Of a stretch of DNA of 64,000 nucleotides, positions 1 to 12,630 are shown piece by piece. The notes beneath the pieces were generated by a model. The model saw nothing but the letters and a program-made list of their open reading frames with translations. It was not told where the DNA came from and made no database searches. The position numbers and the translations under genes are program-made. The stretch is from Octopus vulgaris (taxonomy: Eukaryota): positions 71,672,001 through 71,736,000 of the forward strand of contig OX597830.1 of NCBI GenBank assembly GCA_951406725.2, read 5' to 3'. Each line of letters starts with the position of its first letter. The stretch's first letter is position 1.

Positions 1-576
1 CCATTCTATTACACCAACTGTTATTTTCAATCACATGTAGACAGACACACCTTATAGACAGACACACATTACATATACACTCACAGATATAATTACTGGC
101 GCACTCGTAGACAAACATATAATATCCATTGCTGATCTCCCTTCCTCCCTCTCTCTTCATCTGTTATTCCCTTTGTTTCACTGACATTGTGTGTTCAATA
201 ATTTGTCACTCGCCCCCCTGACTTTGACCTCTGTGTTTTCTAATCACTTCCCACGTGATCCATCATCTTGTCAGAGTCCGTCACCTTCCATTCCTTCCAG
301 TGATTCTATTAGCTCTCTCTCTCTCTCTCTCGCTCTCTCTCACTTTTTCTGTCTGTCTGTCTCTCTCTGTCTTTCTATCTGTCCCTGTCCATCTCCCCCC
401 CCCCTGTCTCTCTCTTTCGTGTTCTTTTGCTCTCTAATGGGTGTCGCCTTCTATCTATCGTTCTCTAATTCTGCAATTACCAACTTCAGCCCTCTCTAAG
501 GGATTCTATTTTAGTTGTTTGTCCCTTATCCCTTTTTCCTTCCTTATTTCTCCTTCTCTTACTGTTCAGTATCCAC

Positions 577-577
<1 letters not shown>

Positions 578-640
<63 letters not shown>

Positions 641-660
641 GTCTATCTGTCCATCCATCC

Positions 661-748
<88 letters not shown>

Positions 749-764
749 GTCCATCCATCCATCC

Positions 765-847
<83 letters not shown>

Positions 848-880
848 CATCCATCCATCAAACTGTCTGTCTGCTTATCT
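578..880. repeat. (TATC)n/(TCCA)n compound microsatellite
   Basis: Direct reading of tandem ATCT units; source of the IYLS-repeat ORFs. Confidence 0.95.
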
Positions 881-1332
881 ATCTTGCTATCTCTCGCTTA
901 CTTAGACACTCATACATTGAGTCTCTGTCCTCTTTCTTTCTAGTTTATTTACTGCCATTTTTTCATCGTGTGTGTGTGTGTGTCTGTATGTGTTTGCGTG
1001 TGTGCGTGCGTGTGCTATGCGTGTGTCTATGTGCGCGTGCGTGTGTTTCTGGCTTTCTGCTTCATTCCCCGCTTTTAACTCCTGACACCATTCTTTTTCA
1101 GGCTTTGTCTTTATATTTGACCAGCTGACTTCCTCGCTCTTACTTTCTCCTTTTCATACTTGACTTCTCTTTCTCTATCACCTCATTCCCATTCCATATT
1201 TTCGCTCACATTCATTCATTCGTATGACCCGCCTTCGCTCCTTGATCTCTCTAAATTAACCCTAACCTTGCTTATTTTTTCGTTCACTTCACTAACATCC
1301 TTACTTTTCTACACTATTGTACTCATGTGAAA

Positions 1333-1630
1333 GGCGCATGGCTCAGTGGTTAGGGCGTCGAGCTTACGATCGTGAGGTTGTGAGCTCGAATCCCGGACCG
1401 GGTTGCGTGTTGTGTTCTTGAGCAAGACACTTTATTTCACATTGCTCCAGTTCACTCAGCTGTAGAAATGAGTTGCGACGTCACTGGTGCCAAGCTGTAT
1501 CGACCTTTGTCTTTCCCTTATGCATGGGCGACTGCTGATCTTCCATAAACAACCTCGCCCGGACTTGTGTCTAGGAGGGTAACTTTCTAGGCGCAATCCC
1601 ATAGTCTGTGTCATGACCGAAGGGGGTCTC
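1333..1630 (+). mobile_element. tRNA-derived SINE (family D) with CORE-like central domain
   Basis: A box TGGCTCAGTGG and B-box-like GCTCGAATCCC, then GTGTTCTTGAGCAAGACACTT...CTCCAGTTCACTCAGCTG, which is shared with the copy at 10200. Confidence 0.8.
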
Positions 1631-1847
1631 CGTACACAGAGCCACTTATCGATTTTCAATCATTCTCATTCCTAAACTCGTTCGAGGATCAGGGAGAATG
1701 CTCAGCAGACTTTGTTTCTGCTCTTTATTTTATGAGTTCAAACCTTACCAAGATGGTTTCAGCTTTTCTTAGATCCATGGTTGTTAGAATAAGTATCAGC
1801 CAACAACTTGGGTCGATTACATGGATTAAACTTCTCCCACCTCAAGT

Positions 1848-2120
1848 ACTCTTTACTCGTTTCAATCATTTGAGTGCGGCCATGATGGAGCACCACCTTC
1901 AGTCGAACTAATCGTCTGCAGGACTTATTATTTGTAAACCTAGTACTTAGTCTATTGCCGAATCGTTAAGTTACGGGGACGTAAACGCACCAACATCGGC
2001 TGTCAAGCACAAACACACACAAACACACACACACATACGACGGGCTTCTTTCAGTTTCCGTCTACCAAATCCACTCAGAAGGATTTGGTTGGCACGTGGC
2101 TACAGGAGAAGACACTTGTG
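1848..2120 (-). mobile_element. SINE family A, degenerate partial copy
   Basis: Matches the full copies at 12215 and 35966 (CTTTCAGTTTCCGTCTACCAAATCCACTCA). Confidence 0.8.
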
Positions 2121-3502
2121 CAAACAAGACTGCTTTTCGGTTTTTGCTTGTCAATAGATTGACTAGAAGAAATTAACGGTTAAATATTCAACACATCTTT
2201 TCCCTCAAATTGTGAGTCTATGTTACAGTCAGAAAACTTTACTATTATCATTCAGTAATCTTACTTTTGTCACGTGCTTTCACTGTACCACCGAGTGCAG
2301 CTCTTTGTACTTTAGGTGTGGTGCTGTCGTTTGTTTTAGTGTTATTATTTTCACTGTAATGAAAGTGCCTAGTAGTGCTATTATCTGAATGTGTACTAGT
2401 TGCGTACTGGGGTCGATCTAATCGACTGGACCTATCCACCAAAAATTTAGGGCCTTGTGCCTAAAGTAGAAAAGAATATCTAATGTGTTTTCGTTCGTCT
2501 TTTAAAAAAAACGTTTGAGTGTGTGGATTTAGCTGCGATTTCGAACGATCGAGTAGAGCAGTGGTTCTCAGTCAGGGTTCATATGCCCCTTTATGGTTCC
2601 TATGGCCCTTCGTTCGAAGTCCTGATGTTTTGGTTACGTTTTTGTTTGTATGTTTTGTAAACATTCATGATGCATCTATTATTATAAATATTGTTTCTGC
2701 TTTTAGGCTCCACATTCGGGTTATCTCTATTTTCAGATCTTTGTATTTTAAGAGGTTTTTTTTTTTTTAGAGATACTTTATCATCTATTGGGATTGATAA
2801 ATCGATTTTTATTTTCTCGGTGATTTCTGACAACTATATCCGAGAAGAAAAATCCCACCAGGATATTCAAATCCATGCCAAGTATAATTTTACAATTCGT
2901 TCATTCCACGGTTGATAACAAAAGTATTAATGGACTAAACCCTTCTCTTGGAATAAAGAATTTGCACTTATATTAGAAACCATTATTTTTACGCTGTTAT
3001 TGGGAATTCCGTAACGTGGTGGGTGAGCTGACAAAAATGTGGGGGGAGCGTCAGGAAAATTCTTCGCAGTATTTCTTCTGCATTTTAATATTCCCAGTTT
3101 AAATCCCGTCGAGGTTGACTTTGTGTTTAATGCTTTTGAAGTCAATAAAGTATGTCCTAGTTGTGCTATGGAGTCGATATAATCAAATAGACTCTTCCCC
3201 TAAAATTCCAGGCCCTGTGCCAATATTAGAATCATTATTGTCACAGTTTTTAGAGGGTTAGCTAGACTGAGGTGGTAGAATTGTGAAGTCGTTAGATATA
3301 TACTTTGAGTTCAAATTCCGCTCTGGTCAACTTTGACTTTCATTTCTATATTCAATAAAATAAAGAATTAGTCAAGCACTAAGGTCGATGTCAAGTACAG
3401 AAAGTAAGACAAAATGCATTTAAGTATTAAATTAGATCCCTTCACATCATAATTTACATTATTTACATTTTGACGGATTTTGTCCTCATCTTATTTGTTG
3501 TT

Positions 3503-3548
3503 AACACAACGTTTCGGCTGATATACCCTCCAGCCTTCATCAGGTGTC
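3503..3548 (-). ncRNA. minimal type I hammerhead ribozyme motif
   Basis: Reverse complement reads GACAC CTGATGA A GGCTG-gagggtatat-CAGCC GAAACGTT GTGTT. Confidence 0.7.
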
Positions 3549-4095
3549 TTGGGGAAATTTCGAACTTGGGTTCTCATTCCTAAAGCATTATTCGATATTA
3601 TTATTATTATTATTATTATCCAGGTCACTGTCTGGAATCGAACTCGGTATCTTGGGGTAAGTAGCCCGCGCTCTTAACTACTACGGCAATATGCCCGTGG
3701 GCAATTATGGTATAAATTTTAGGACTTATAAATCTAACATTCTGCTATCCTTCCTAATTACCGGTTCCCATATGCTGTTCATATCTGCACTCGGTCTGCT
3801 AACGAGGTTGTTGTGTCCTAGCATATGTGCTGCTTCTTTTAGTTTTCGTAGTTTACAGTAGTGTTATCTGTCTATTACCTTAACTTCATCCCACAGAAGG
3901 AGGTGGTCTCCATTTTTTCTAACATTCACTCCATAATTGCCCACAGGCATATGACGTAGAGGTTAAGAGCGCGGGCTAGTAACCCCAATATTCCGAGTTC
4001 GATTCCAGACAGTGACCTGATAATAATAATAATAATAATAGTGGCAACATCGAAAATACGTTAGGAACGAGAACCCAGGTTTGAAATTTCCCCAT

Positions 4096-4141
4096 GACAC
4101 CTGATGAAGGCTGGAGGGTATATCAGCCGAAACGTTGTGTT
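4096..4141 (+). ncRNA. minimal type I hammerhead ribozyme motif
   Basis: GACAC CTGATGA A GGCTG-gagggtatat-CAGCC GAAACGTT GTGTT: stem I GACAC/GTGTT, 5-bp stem II, palindromic AACGTT in place of stem III. Confidence 0.7.
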
Positions 4142-5015
4142 GATAACAAACAAGATGAGGACAAGATTCGTCAAAAGGTAAATAATGTAAATAATGTACA
4201 TAATTCCTCATCTCTTAAATATATTCACGTCATAAGTTCTAATCTTGCCGAGTTGGACTTCACAATTTAGTTTTCGATGAGATCAGTCCACGCCAAATGC
4301 TGATGTCGATATTATTTAATACTGTTCTTATTATGCAAATACTTTATATTTATAATTCAATTAACGTTTCGTTATGGTAGAATCGGTAGGGCAACGCACG
4401 CAATACCTTACGCTATTTAGTAGAATGTTTTTTTAGATTCTGAGCTCCAATCTCAACGGGTCCAACTTTGCTTTTCATCTTTCCATTGTCGATACAATGA
4501 GCGCTGGTTTAAACCGGTGTCTGTGCAATTGACTCTTCCATCCCAGAATATTTATGGCCGTATTGATGTGATTTAAGAAACAAAATGACAAATTAATGTG
4601 GAAATGAGTTAAAATTAAAGAGGAGATGGAAAATTGATTTGAGAAGATAGGAAATGATAGAGGAAATGGCGGAAAAACGGATCTGAAAATGGCGTCCATT
4701 GGGATGAGGATTTTGTAATAAAGTTTGTTAGCGGGAAATAATGTGACAATGGCTGATAACAGATAATAGGAAGGAGGAGAAAATGGTGTTTATCTGTGGT
4801 TGAGAGAGCCAGGGGAGGACTGGCATATTTGTGTGACAATTGATTAAGAGAAGAGGAAAATAGAAACAGTGAGAATGTGAGAGAATGATATATATTGAAA
4901 CAGATAAAAAAAAAAGGTGATTTGAAAAAATAAAGTTGTGGAAATAATCATAGATTACAGATTTAAAGAAGGAGAGACGGAGGTAGCTAATATAAAATAA
5001 ATGAAAATTAACCTA

Positions 5016-5100
<85 letters not shown>

Positions 5101-5733
5101 AATTATACGGTAGTACCATTTGAGTAAACTTTCCAAGTGACCGAATTAAGCTTGTCCGACGTTCTAACAATTAATTCATCCCTTTTCTCAAAGTAAAAAA
5201 AGGACAACATATTTGTATCATAGATGAGAAGGTCACAAATAAAATGATTTCACTGCCTACCTAAAGGGAAAGCAAAAATAATATCGGCGAAATTTAAATG
5301 ATAATTCAAAATATTCAGCTAGCTCTAAATCAGACGTAATCAAATAGGTCCATGATCTAAAGCATTCCAGCCGTGACGGTACCGTCAATTGTGCATATAG
5401 GGATTATTTTGCCCATTGTATTCTTTACATGATGTAGGGTGAGGTGTTTTTTTCTTCGAGTACTATTACCCATAAACCCGTTTATCCTGTTCCCATGGCT
5501 TATAAATCCCCGAAATTATAACATTCCCTTGAAGGGAATGCCGGTCCGTTGCAGGATCAACGGCCAGCAGATATGAAGGGAGAGGTTAATCTCAATGACC
5601 TCAGTGTTTGATTGATCCTTTATTTTATCGACCCCAAATAAATAAAATGCAAAGTTGAATTTGGGGAATCAGAGCGCGAATAACCGAAAAAAAAAATGTT
5701 GCTAAGCATTTTGTCCAACGTATATAAATATTC

Positions 5734-6033
5734 GGAGGCACATGGCCTAGTTGTTAGAGCAGCGGACTCGCGGTCGAGGGATCGTGGGTTTGAATCTCAG
5801 ACCGGGCGATATGTGTGTTTATGAGCGAAACACCTAAGCTCCACGCGGCAACGGCAGAAGGTAATGGCGGACTTCTGCTGACTCTTTCGCCACAACTTTC
5901 TCTCACTCTTTCCTCCTGCATCTTGCAGCTCACCTGCGACGGACCGGCGTCCCGTCCAGGTAGGGAACCTATGCGCCAAGGAAACCGGGAAACCGGCCCT
6001 TATGAGCCAGGGATGGCTCGAGAAGGAACAAAC
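5734..6033 (+). mobile_element. tRNA-derived SINE (family C head, tail type 1) with 12-bp TSD, nested in an older family B SINE
   Basis: Head GGAGGCACATGGCCTAGTTGTTAGAGCAGCGGACTCGCGGTC; TSD ATATAAATATTC at 5722-5733 and 6034-6045. Confidence 0.88.
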
Positions 6034-6174
6034 ATATAAATATTCTGCCTGCTTCCCATCTTATGCATGAAGAAATTATGTGTTATTTCATTTATTTTGT
6101 TTCCAAGAATATTTATCGATTTTTATTCCGTTTTCATTTCTAGTTGCACAATTTATTCTCGTGTTGCTGAATCA

Positions 6175-6250
<76 letters not shown>

Positions 6251-6315
6251 TCCAGGTTAAAGATAACTATGATTAAGAAAATCTCGCTTTTATTTCAGCT
6301 ATGTATGTGTGTATA

Positions 6316-6388
<73 letters not shown>

Positions 6389-6905
6389 CTATATTATCCT
6401 AAATCATCATCTGTCGTTTCTTTCCTAAAACTTCCGGGTGTGATTTGAGGAAGTTTTCGCTTCTACGTGTGAAAGGTTGTACCATAGCCCAGAGGCTCAC
6501 TTACTAGCTCGTATTTCATACTGAGTAAGGAACTCGTGGAGACTGCTATATTATACGGTGTGATATAACATGCATTAACTTTCCATTAACAAGAGATATA
6601 CAGGTAACAGATCTAAAATATTCTTCTCAAGTCCGGGGAATTATAACTGAATTCCCTCCCTTATCATTAATTCCATGTGTATTCATAATGAGAGAGAACA
6701 CTGCAAAAATAAATTGGCATATTACGTATTCCATCTTAAACTATCTGGAGAATCTATATTTATAATTGGCCATTTCTCGTAACTAGATTGATTTACCCTG
6801 TCTATCTATTTATCTACCTATTTATCTATCTAAATATCTACCTATCTATCTATCTATCTATCTATGTCCCATCTGTTTGCAGCCCTGTGTGGCCAATAAA
6901 GAAAC

Positions 6906-6955
<50 letters not shown>

Positions 6956-7059
6956 ATCTATCTATCTATCTATCTTTCTATCTATTTGTCTATCTATCTT
7001 TCTATCTATTTGTCTATCTATCTATCTATCTATCTATCTACCCATCTTTCTATCTATCT

Positions 7060-8468
7060 ACTACCGCCTGACCGTCGTACCTTGTCCCGACCCTACCATC
7101 ACCAAACTACAACGCATCCTCTTTCGCTTCTTGTGGAAAGGATGCGTCCCGATGGTCAGGCGATCCATTTGCTGTCAACACCCGTTAAAAGGAGGGCTGG
7201 GCATGCCGTGGTTGATGATGCGCAGACACGCGCTGAGACTGCGACATCTCTGGCTCTATGTAGACGACGGTGAACAGGTGTGGTCGCCGTTTGTGAGGCA
7301 CGCTTTCCCGCAGCTCGTCTCCATGACCGAACTGCAGTCGTGGATCAAAAAGAGGCCGAGGAAGGGCGAATGGCACCGCGAGTGTCGCGTTGCTCTCAAG
7401 CAACTCTGCCGTCCTGGGTCGACCTTAAGTGACTTCAACACAACCAAAGCATTCTATAGGGGTTTAGTGGAGGGGAGGTACGACGACGAGCTCGGGGCGA
7501 ACCTGGACGTCGACGAGGAGTACCTGACCCGCCTGTTCAGGACGACCTTCGGGCCAGGGCCCATGGACAACTTCCAGAGATCCCTGGCCTGGCAGTGCTA
7601 CCGAGAAGCGCTACCCGTTCGGGATAAGCTCTACAGACACGGCTCGAGAAACACGGGGCCGACCTGCCCGAGATGCGGTCAGAGCGACGAAACCGTTCTG
7701 CACGCACTCGTTCAGTGTCCAACAATTTCCGACCTGTGGGCTTGTGTCGAACAACTGCTGTCACGTGTGGGACGAGTCGGTTTATCAGCTGAGTCTATCG
7801 TCAATATTGTCACGCCTCCTTCCTTCAAACGGGAAGGAAGAGCTATTTTCATCATCCTTGTGGCTATGGCGAAAGAATGTATCTGGTGGACGCGTCTGAA
7901 AGGATTGGAAACAAACACTTTCCTCTCTGGTCAATCTCTCATCAACTTCTTCAAGTACCACTTGAAAAGGAAAGTGAGAGTAGAGAGGCAAGTTTTGTCT
8001 AGCGAATGTTTTAAAAAAAGATGGGTGAATGTAGCAAGAATGGCACGTATGAATGACGAAGCCACCTTGAGCATAGTCCTATGAACCCAGAAATCAAAAA
8101 CAGAGAGTTGCTTATTTGCAAAAAAAAAAAAAAAAAAAATATAAAATGTGACTTCATTGACCGAGGTTACCGTGGTCTTTTCCGTAGGCTTTTCTTTCCA
8201 CGGGTAAACCTCACCTGTCCTCCCCTTTACACTTCATATTGACATTTCTGTGATAACGATCCCTATTGATCAATTTTTTTTTTCCTCCCCCCTTTTTTTT
8301 TTAACCCCCCTTTTTTTGTCCTCTTTCTCTCCTTTTACGATCCCTTTTGATCGAAACTCCCCCTTCCTTTTTTTTTTTTTTTTTTTCTTTCTCTAACCCT
8401 TCAAAAGAAAAGCTCTACCTTGTAATTTGTTCTATCTGTGTGCAGCCCTGTGTGGCTAATAAAGAAAC
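7060..8468 (+). mobile_element. 5'-truncated Tx1/L1-clade LINE (3' part of ORF2 plus 3' UTR)
   Basis: GC-rich island flanked by (TATC)n; pyrimidine-rich 3' UTR ending CAGCCCTGTGTGGCTAATAAAGAAAC. Confidence 0.85.
7131..8084 (+). pseudogene. LINE ORF2 C-terminal fragment (end of RT region plus zf-RVT zinc knuckle)
   Basis: KGGLGMP motif, LPVRDKL and CPRCGQSDETVLHALVQCP (CxxC...H...C), typical of L1/Tx1 ORF2; open to a stop at 8084 but 5'-truncated. Confidence 0.85.
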
Positions 8469-8741
8469 ATATCTATCTATCTATCAATCAATCAATCAAT
8501 CAGTCTATCTGTCTGTCTGTCTGTCTGTCCGTCTGTCTGCCTATCTATGCGTGTACGTGCAACCTCTCTCGAAAAGCCGGTGCAAAAGGCATCTTAACAT
8601 CAGGCTGCGTGCATCTGTAAAAAAAACAATTATGCATGTTATTTTCCTCGTGAAACTGGGCGTAGGAATCATAAAAATTCTGCGAACTGCAGTTTGCCAA
8701 TGGTTGGTATACGTATATTTTTAAATTTCTTCTATTTTTTT

Positions 8742-8940
8742 TTACTTGTTTCAGTCATTTGACTGCGGCCATGCTGGAGCACCGCCTTTTGTCGAATAAA
8801 TCGACCCCAGGACTTATTCTTTGTAAGCCTAGTATTTCAGTATCGGATTCTTTTGACGAACCGCTAAGCTACGATGATGTAAACACACCAGCATCGGTTG
8901 TCAAGCGATGGTGGGGGGACAAATACAGATACACAATTAT
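8742..8940 (-). mobile_element. SINE family A, 3' half
   Basis: TTACTTGTTTCAGTCATTTGACTGCGGCCATGCTGGAGCACCGCC tail. Confidence 0.85.
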
Positions 8941-9884
8941 ATATATATATATATATATCATCATCATCATCATCATCTCTATCACCACCACCACCATCAA
9001 CATCATCCAATCGGGCCACTTGCATGGACCGATGCAACTCTTCCACGCAGGTGCAACACGAAGTCCGGGTTGAGTTTTAGTCACATTGGTCTTTTGCTAG
9101 CTGAAATGTATCATCTGCGCATGTCACAACTACAGATGATAGCAGCAGTTTACTAACTCGATAACTGAATTGGTTGATTCTGGCCGTGGACGGCTTGTTG
9201 CCAATATATCCACTCAGCATTTAATGATATTTACCGTTGCTTCAATAAGTTTATTTGCCGACATCCTTCACATCCACGATTCCATGATTTCAATGTATCC
9301 TGGTTCTTGTGGTTACATGCTATTTAACCCATAACTAGGAATCTCATAGGGGCTATGATTCCAGGGCAATGTAGACATGGGAACGATAGTGGCTAAGAAG
9401 TGGTTCCACACTCCTCAAAGCGCTGGAACTTCCAAAATTGGGCCCCATTACAGTCTGCAGTTTAAAGTAGCATAATACTCCAATTTCTCCGTTACACAAC
9501 AATAAAATATCGCATTTCAGCATTTTTTAATCATACACTTGCTTGCAAAAATAGAAAGAAAACAACACACACATAAACTAGTGTTAAATTGCACACAACA
9601 CCTATTATACACATGCACACGAACTTAGACATATCTACGTATATGTTTGAGGGGACATGTGCTCACGCATTTCAACACATGAATGATTAATCAATCATCA
9701 AAGCAAAGAAACGTTAATAAAATTCAGATGCAAGACTGTTATTGAGATAGATTGGACAGATAGATAGATTAGATAGATAGTTAGATAGATAGTTAGATAG
9801 ATAGTTAGATAGATAGATAGATAGATAGACGGATTAGAAAAATCTGCGAAGTGCTGTTTGCCCGTGGATTCTGTATATCATGTA

Positions 9885-9932
<48 letters not shown>

Positions 9933-9936
<4 letters not shown>

Positions 9937-10160
9937 TCCAAACAAGAAAATACAGAAAAAAAAGAGAAAAAAAAGGAGAAAAAAACACAGCAACGCAGGA
10001 CATGGAACAATTAAAGTATTATTGACGCTCAGGAAAGAAGGGAAGGAGGGTTTAACGATTCGAGCGGAGCTCTTCGTCGGAAACAAGGAGAAGGAAAGAT
10101 CCCAAAGAGGGAAGACAGAGGAGAAAATATTTGAGCTGGTGGTGCTTAAGAGATCACATG
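9933..10160 (-). mobile_element. short (TA)n-associated element with degenerate hammerhead-like motif
   Basis: Homologous to 18514-18728; minus strand GTTT CCGACGA AGAGCTCCGCTC GAATCGTT AAAC at 10050-10084. Confidence 0.65.
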
Positions 10161-10199
10161 TATGTATGTATGTATAATATATATAATATGTGTGTGTGT

Positions 10200-10447
10200 G
10201 GAGGCGCGTGGCTTGGTGGTTAGGGTGGCAGCATCATGATCGTAAGATTGTGGTTTCGATTCCTGAACTTGGCGACGCGTTGTGTCCTTGAGCAAAACAC
10301 TTCATTTGACGTTACTCCAGTCCACTCAGCTGGCAAAAATGAGTAACGCTGCGATGGACTGGCTTCCCATCCAGCTGGGGAACACATACGTCATTGAAAT
10401 CGGGAAACCGGGCCCATGAGGCTGACTAGGCTTTAAAAGGGTGCATT
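10200..10447 (+). mobile_element. tRNA-derived SINE (family D head/CORE-like domain, tail type 1)
   Basis: TGGCTTGGTGG A box, GGTTTCGATTCC B box, GTGTCCTTGAGCAAAACACTT; 3' part CTGCGATGGACTGGC...GGGAAACCGGGCCCATGAG resembles the tail of 5734-6033. Confidence 0.8.
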
Positions 10448-11202
10448 TCTTTTATTTATACACACACACACACACACACACACACTCATATCGTCGTCGA
10501 TTTACGACCACAGTTGGTTCCGACTGACTGGTCGGAAGTCGATTTCGGCGTAAGTTGGTCTATAGGCCTACATAGCTTTGTTTTATATTTTTACGTTCTG
10601 AAGGTACATGCAAAGGGGACATGTGCTCACACATTTCAACACATGAATGATTAATGAATCATCAAAGCAAAGAAACGTTTTGTTTATTGATTCGATGAGA
10701 GCCACAGCGTACAAAATTCTCTCAATAACCCTGTATATGTAAATATTTTGAAGATCTTGTTACTGTTTATTATGACGAAATCTATTTGACTAAATGTCAA
10801 TGAAACTCGATAATGCCAGTATCCAAACTTTCAGTATCGAGCTACTATATATATTTTGATTCGTATTTTAGGAAACAAAAACAAAAACAAAGAAAAAAAA
10901 AAGAGGAGAGAGAAAAGAAACACTCGAGTACTTTTGCAAGTTGAATCTTTGTGAATATAGTTTTTTAACCAGCTAAGATTAATGAGAGAAAAAATAAAAA
11001 ATAAATAAATAAATAAATAAATACAAGATCCGCAACTTAACACTAGTTTCTATTAGTGTTTTTTTTTTTTTTGTTATTTCTTATAAGCAAGTGTATGATT
11101 AGAAAATGATGATATGTGATATTTTATTGTTGTTGGGTAAAGGAGAAATTGGAGTATTTTAGAAACAAAATGCATAAATAAATAAATAAATAAATAAATA
11201 AA

Positions 11203-11241
<39 letters not shown>

Positions 11242-12214
11242 GCAGTAGTAGTAGTAGTAGTAGTAGTAGTAACACTAAATCCCTGCAAAAAAAAGTTACT
11301 GAAAGAAAGTTACTGAAATTTATGGTTTTGTAAGTAGGTAAAGTCTAGTTTTAATGGATGTGAACTTAGTAATCGTCTGAGATATAGACATACATACACA
11401 CATGTATTTTATTCATAAATACACACGCACACACATACACACACACATTTGACACTAGTGTACTCCTCAGAGGGTAGAATACAGGCGTAGATGAAACAAA
11501 AAAAAAACAAGAAACACTCATACACATACGCACATCGTCACACAATAAACAAAGTGTGCATCCAATTTAATCCAACGTATATAAGGTAAATCATATATTC
11601 ATGCCTGATGAGAGCGACTTTATATTTAGAACACTCCAACCACTTGTCTAAATTGTGTCTTGATGCTGTCTTCCTGGATTTATATTGTTTATAGTAGTAT
11701 TTCCTCAGTAAAGATTTGTAAACGTTCTTTAGTTGGGAAAGCGTGCTTCTAACATCCGTCTCACACACACATTCTCTCTCTCTCTCTCTTTCCCTTTCTC
11801 TTTGCCTGTCTCTCTGTCTGTCTCTCTTTCTCTCTTGCATCCATTTTTCTCTCTAGCTATCTCTATTTCTTTCTCTCTTTTTCTTAACGTCGTATTTACG
11901 GCCTAGTGTTTTACCCTTTGATCAAACCCGCTCCAGTATCAAACTGCAACACAAATTTGAGAATTAGCCTCAGTGTAGTTGTTAGATCAGATACAAAATA
12001 GCTGCCAAATTCCCATCAAATCGATCCGTACCGACTTCAGAAAAATTCATTCACTAGGTAATATAGTTTTACTTCCACCCTGTTTTTGGAAAGACCGGAT
12101 AGTTACGATTGGTAGTGTTTCATTATGGATCCGCATGATGTAAACTAGCTTAGACAACACAATTTGAACAAAATCAAACCAAAAATTATATTTCTATTAA
12201 GTCCACACGCGCAT

Positions 12215-12424
12215 ACTCTTTTACTCTTTTACTTGTTTCAGTCATTTGACTAAGGCCATGCTGGAGCACCGCCTTTTGTCGAGCAAATCAACCCCGGGAC
12301 TTATTCTTTGTAAGCCCAGTACTTATTCTATCGGTCTCTTTTGCCGAACCGCTAAGTGACGGGGACGTAAACACACCAGCATCGGTTGTCAAGCAATGCT
12401 AGGGGGACAAACATAGACACACAA

Positions 12425-12469
<45 letters not shown>

Positions 12470-12630
12470 CGACGGGCTTCTTTCAGTTTCCGTCTACCAA
12501 ATCCACTGACAAGGCATTGGTCGACCCGGGGCTATAGCAGAAGACACTTGCCCAAGATGCCACGCAGTGGGACTGAACCCGGAACCATGTGGTTGGTTAG
12601 CAAGCTACTTACCACACAGCCACTCCTGCG
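12215..12630 (-). mobile_element. SINE family A, full length, with internal (TA)n(TG)n
   Basis: tRNA-like head, CORE-like CTTGGGCAAGTGTCTT, internal microsatellite and (AAAAGAGT)n tail. Confidence 0.9.

Larger units (their letters stand above)
3452..4222 (-). mobile_element. Penelope-like element remnant: GIY-YIG C-terminal fragment between two inverted terminal repeats
   Basis: Arms at ~3452-3710 and ~3931-4197 are reverse complements. The spacer reads, on the minus strand, RKNGDHLLLWDEVKVIDR*HYCKLRKLKEAAHMLGHNNLVSRPSADMNSIWEPVIRK, resembling the end of the Penelope endonuclease (H..W....I.....R..KEA). Confidence 0.75.
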
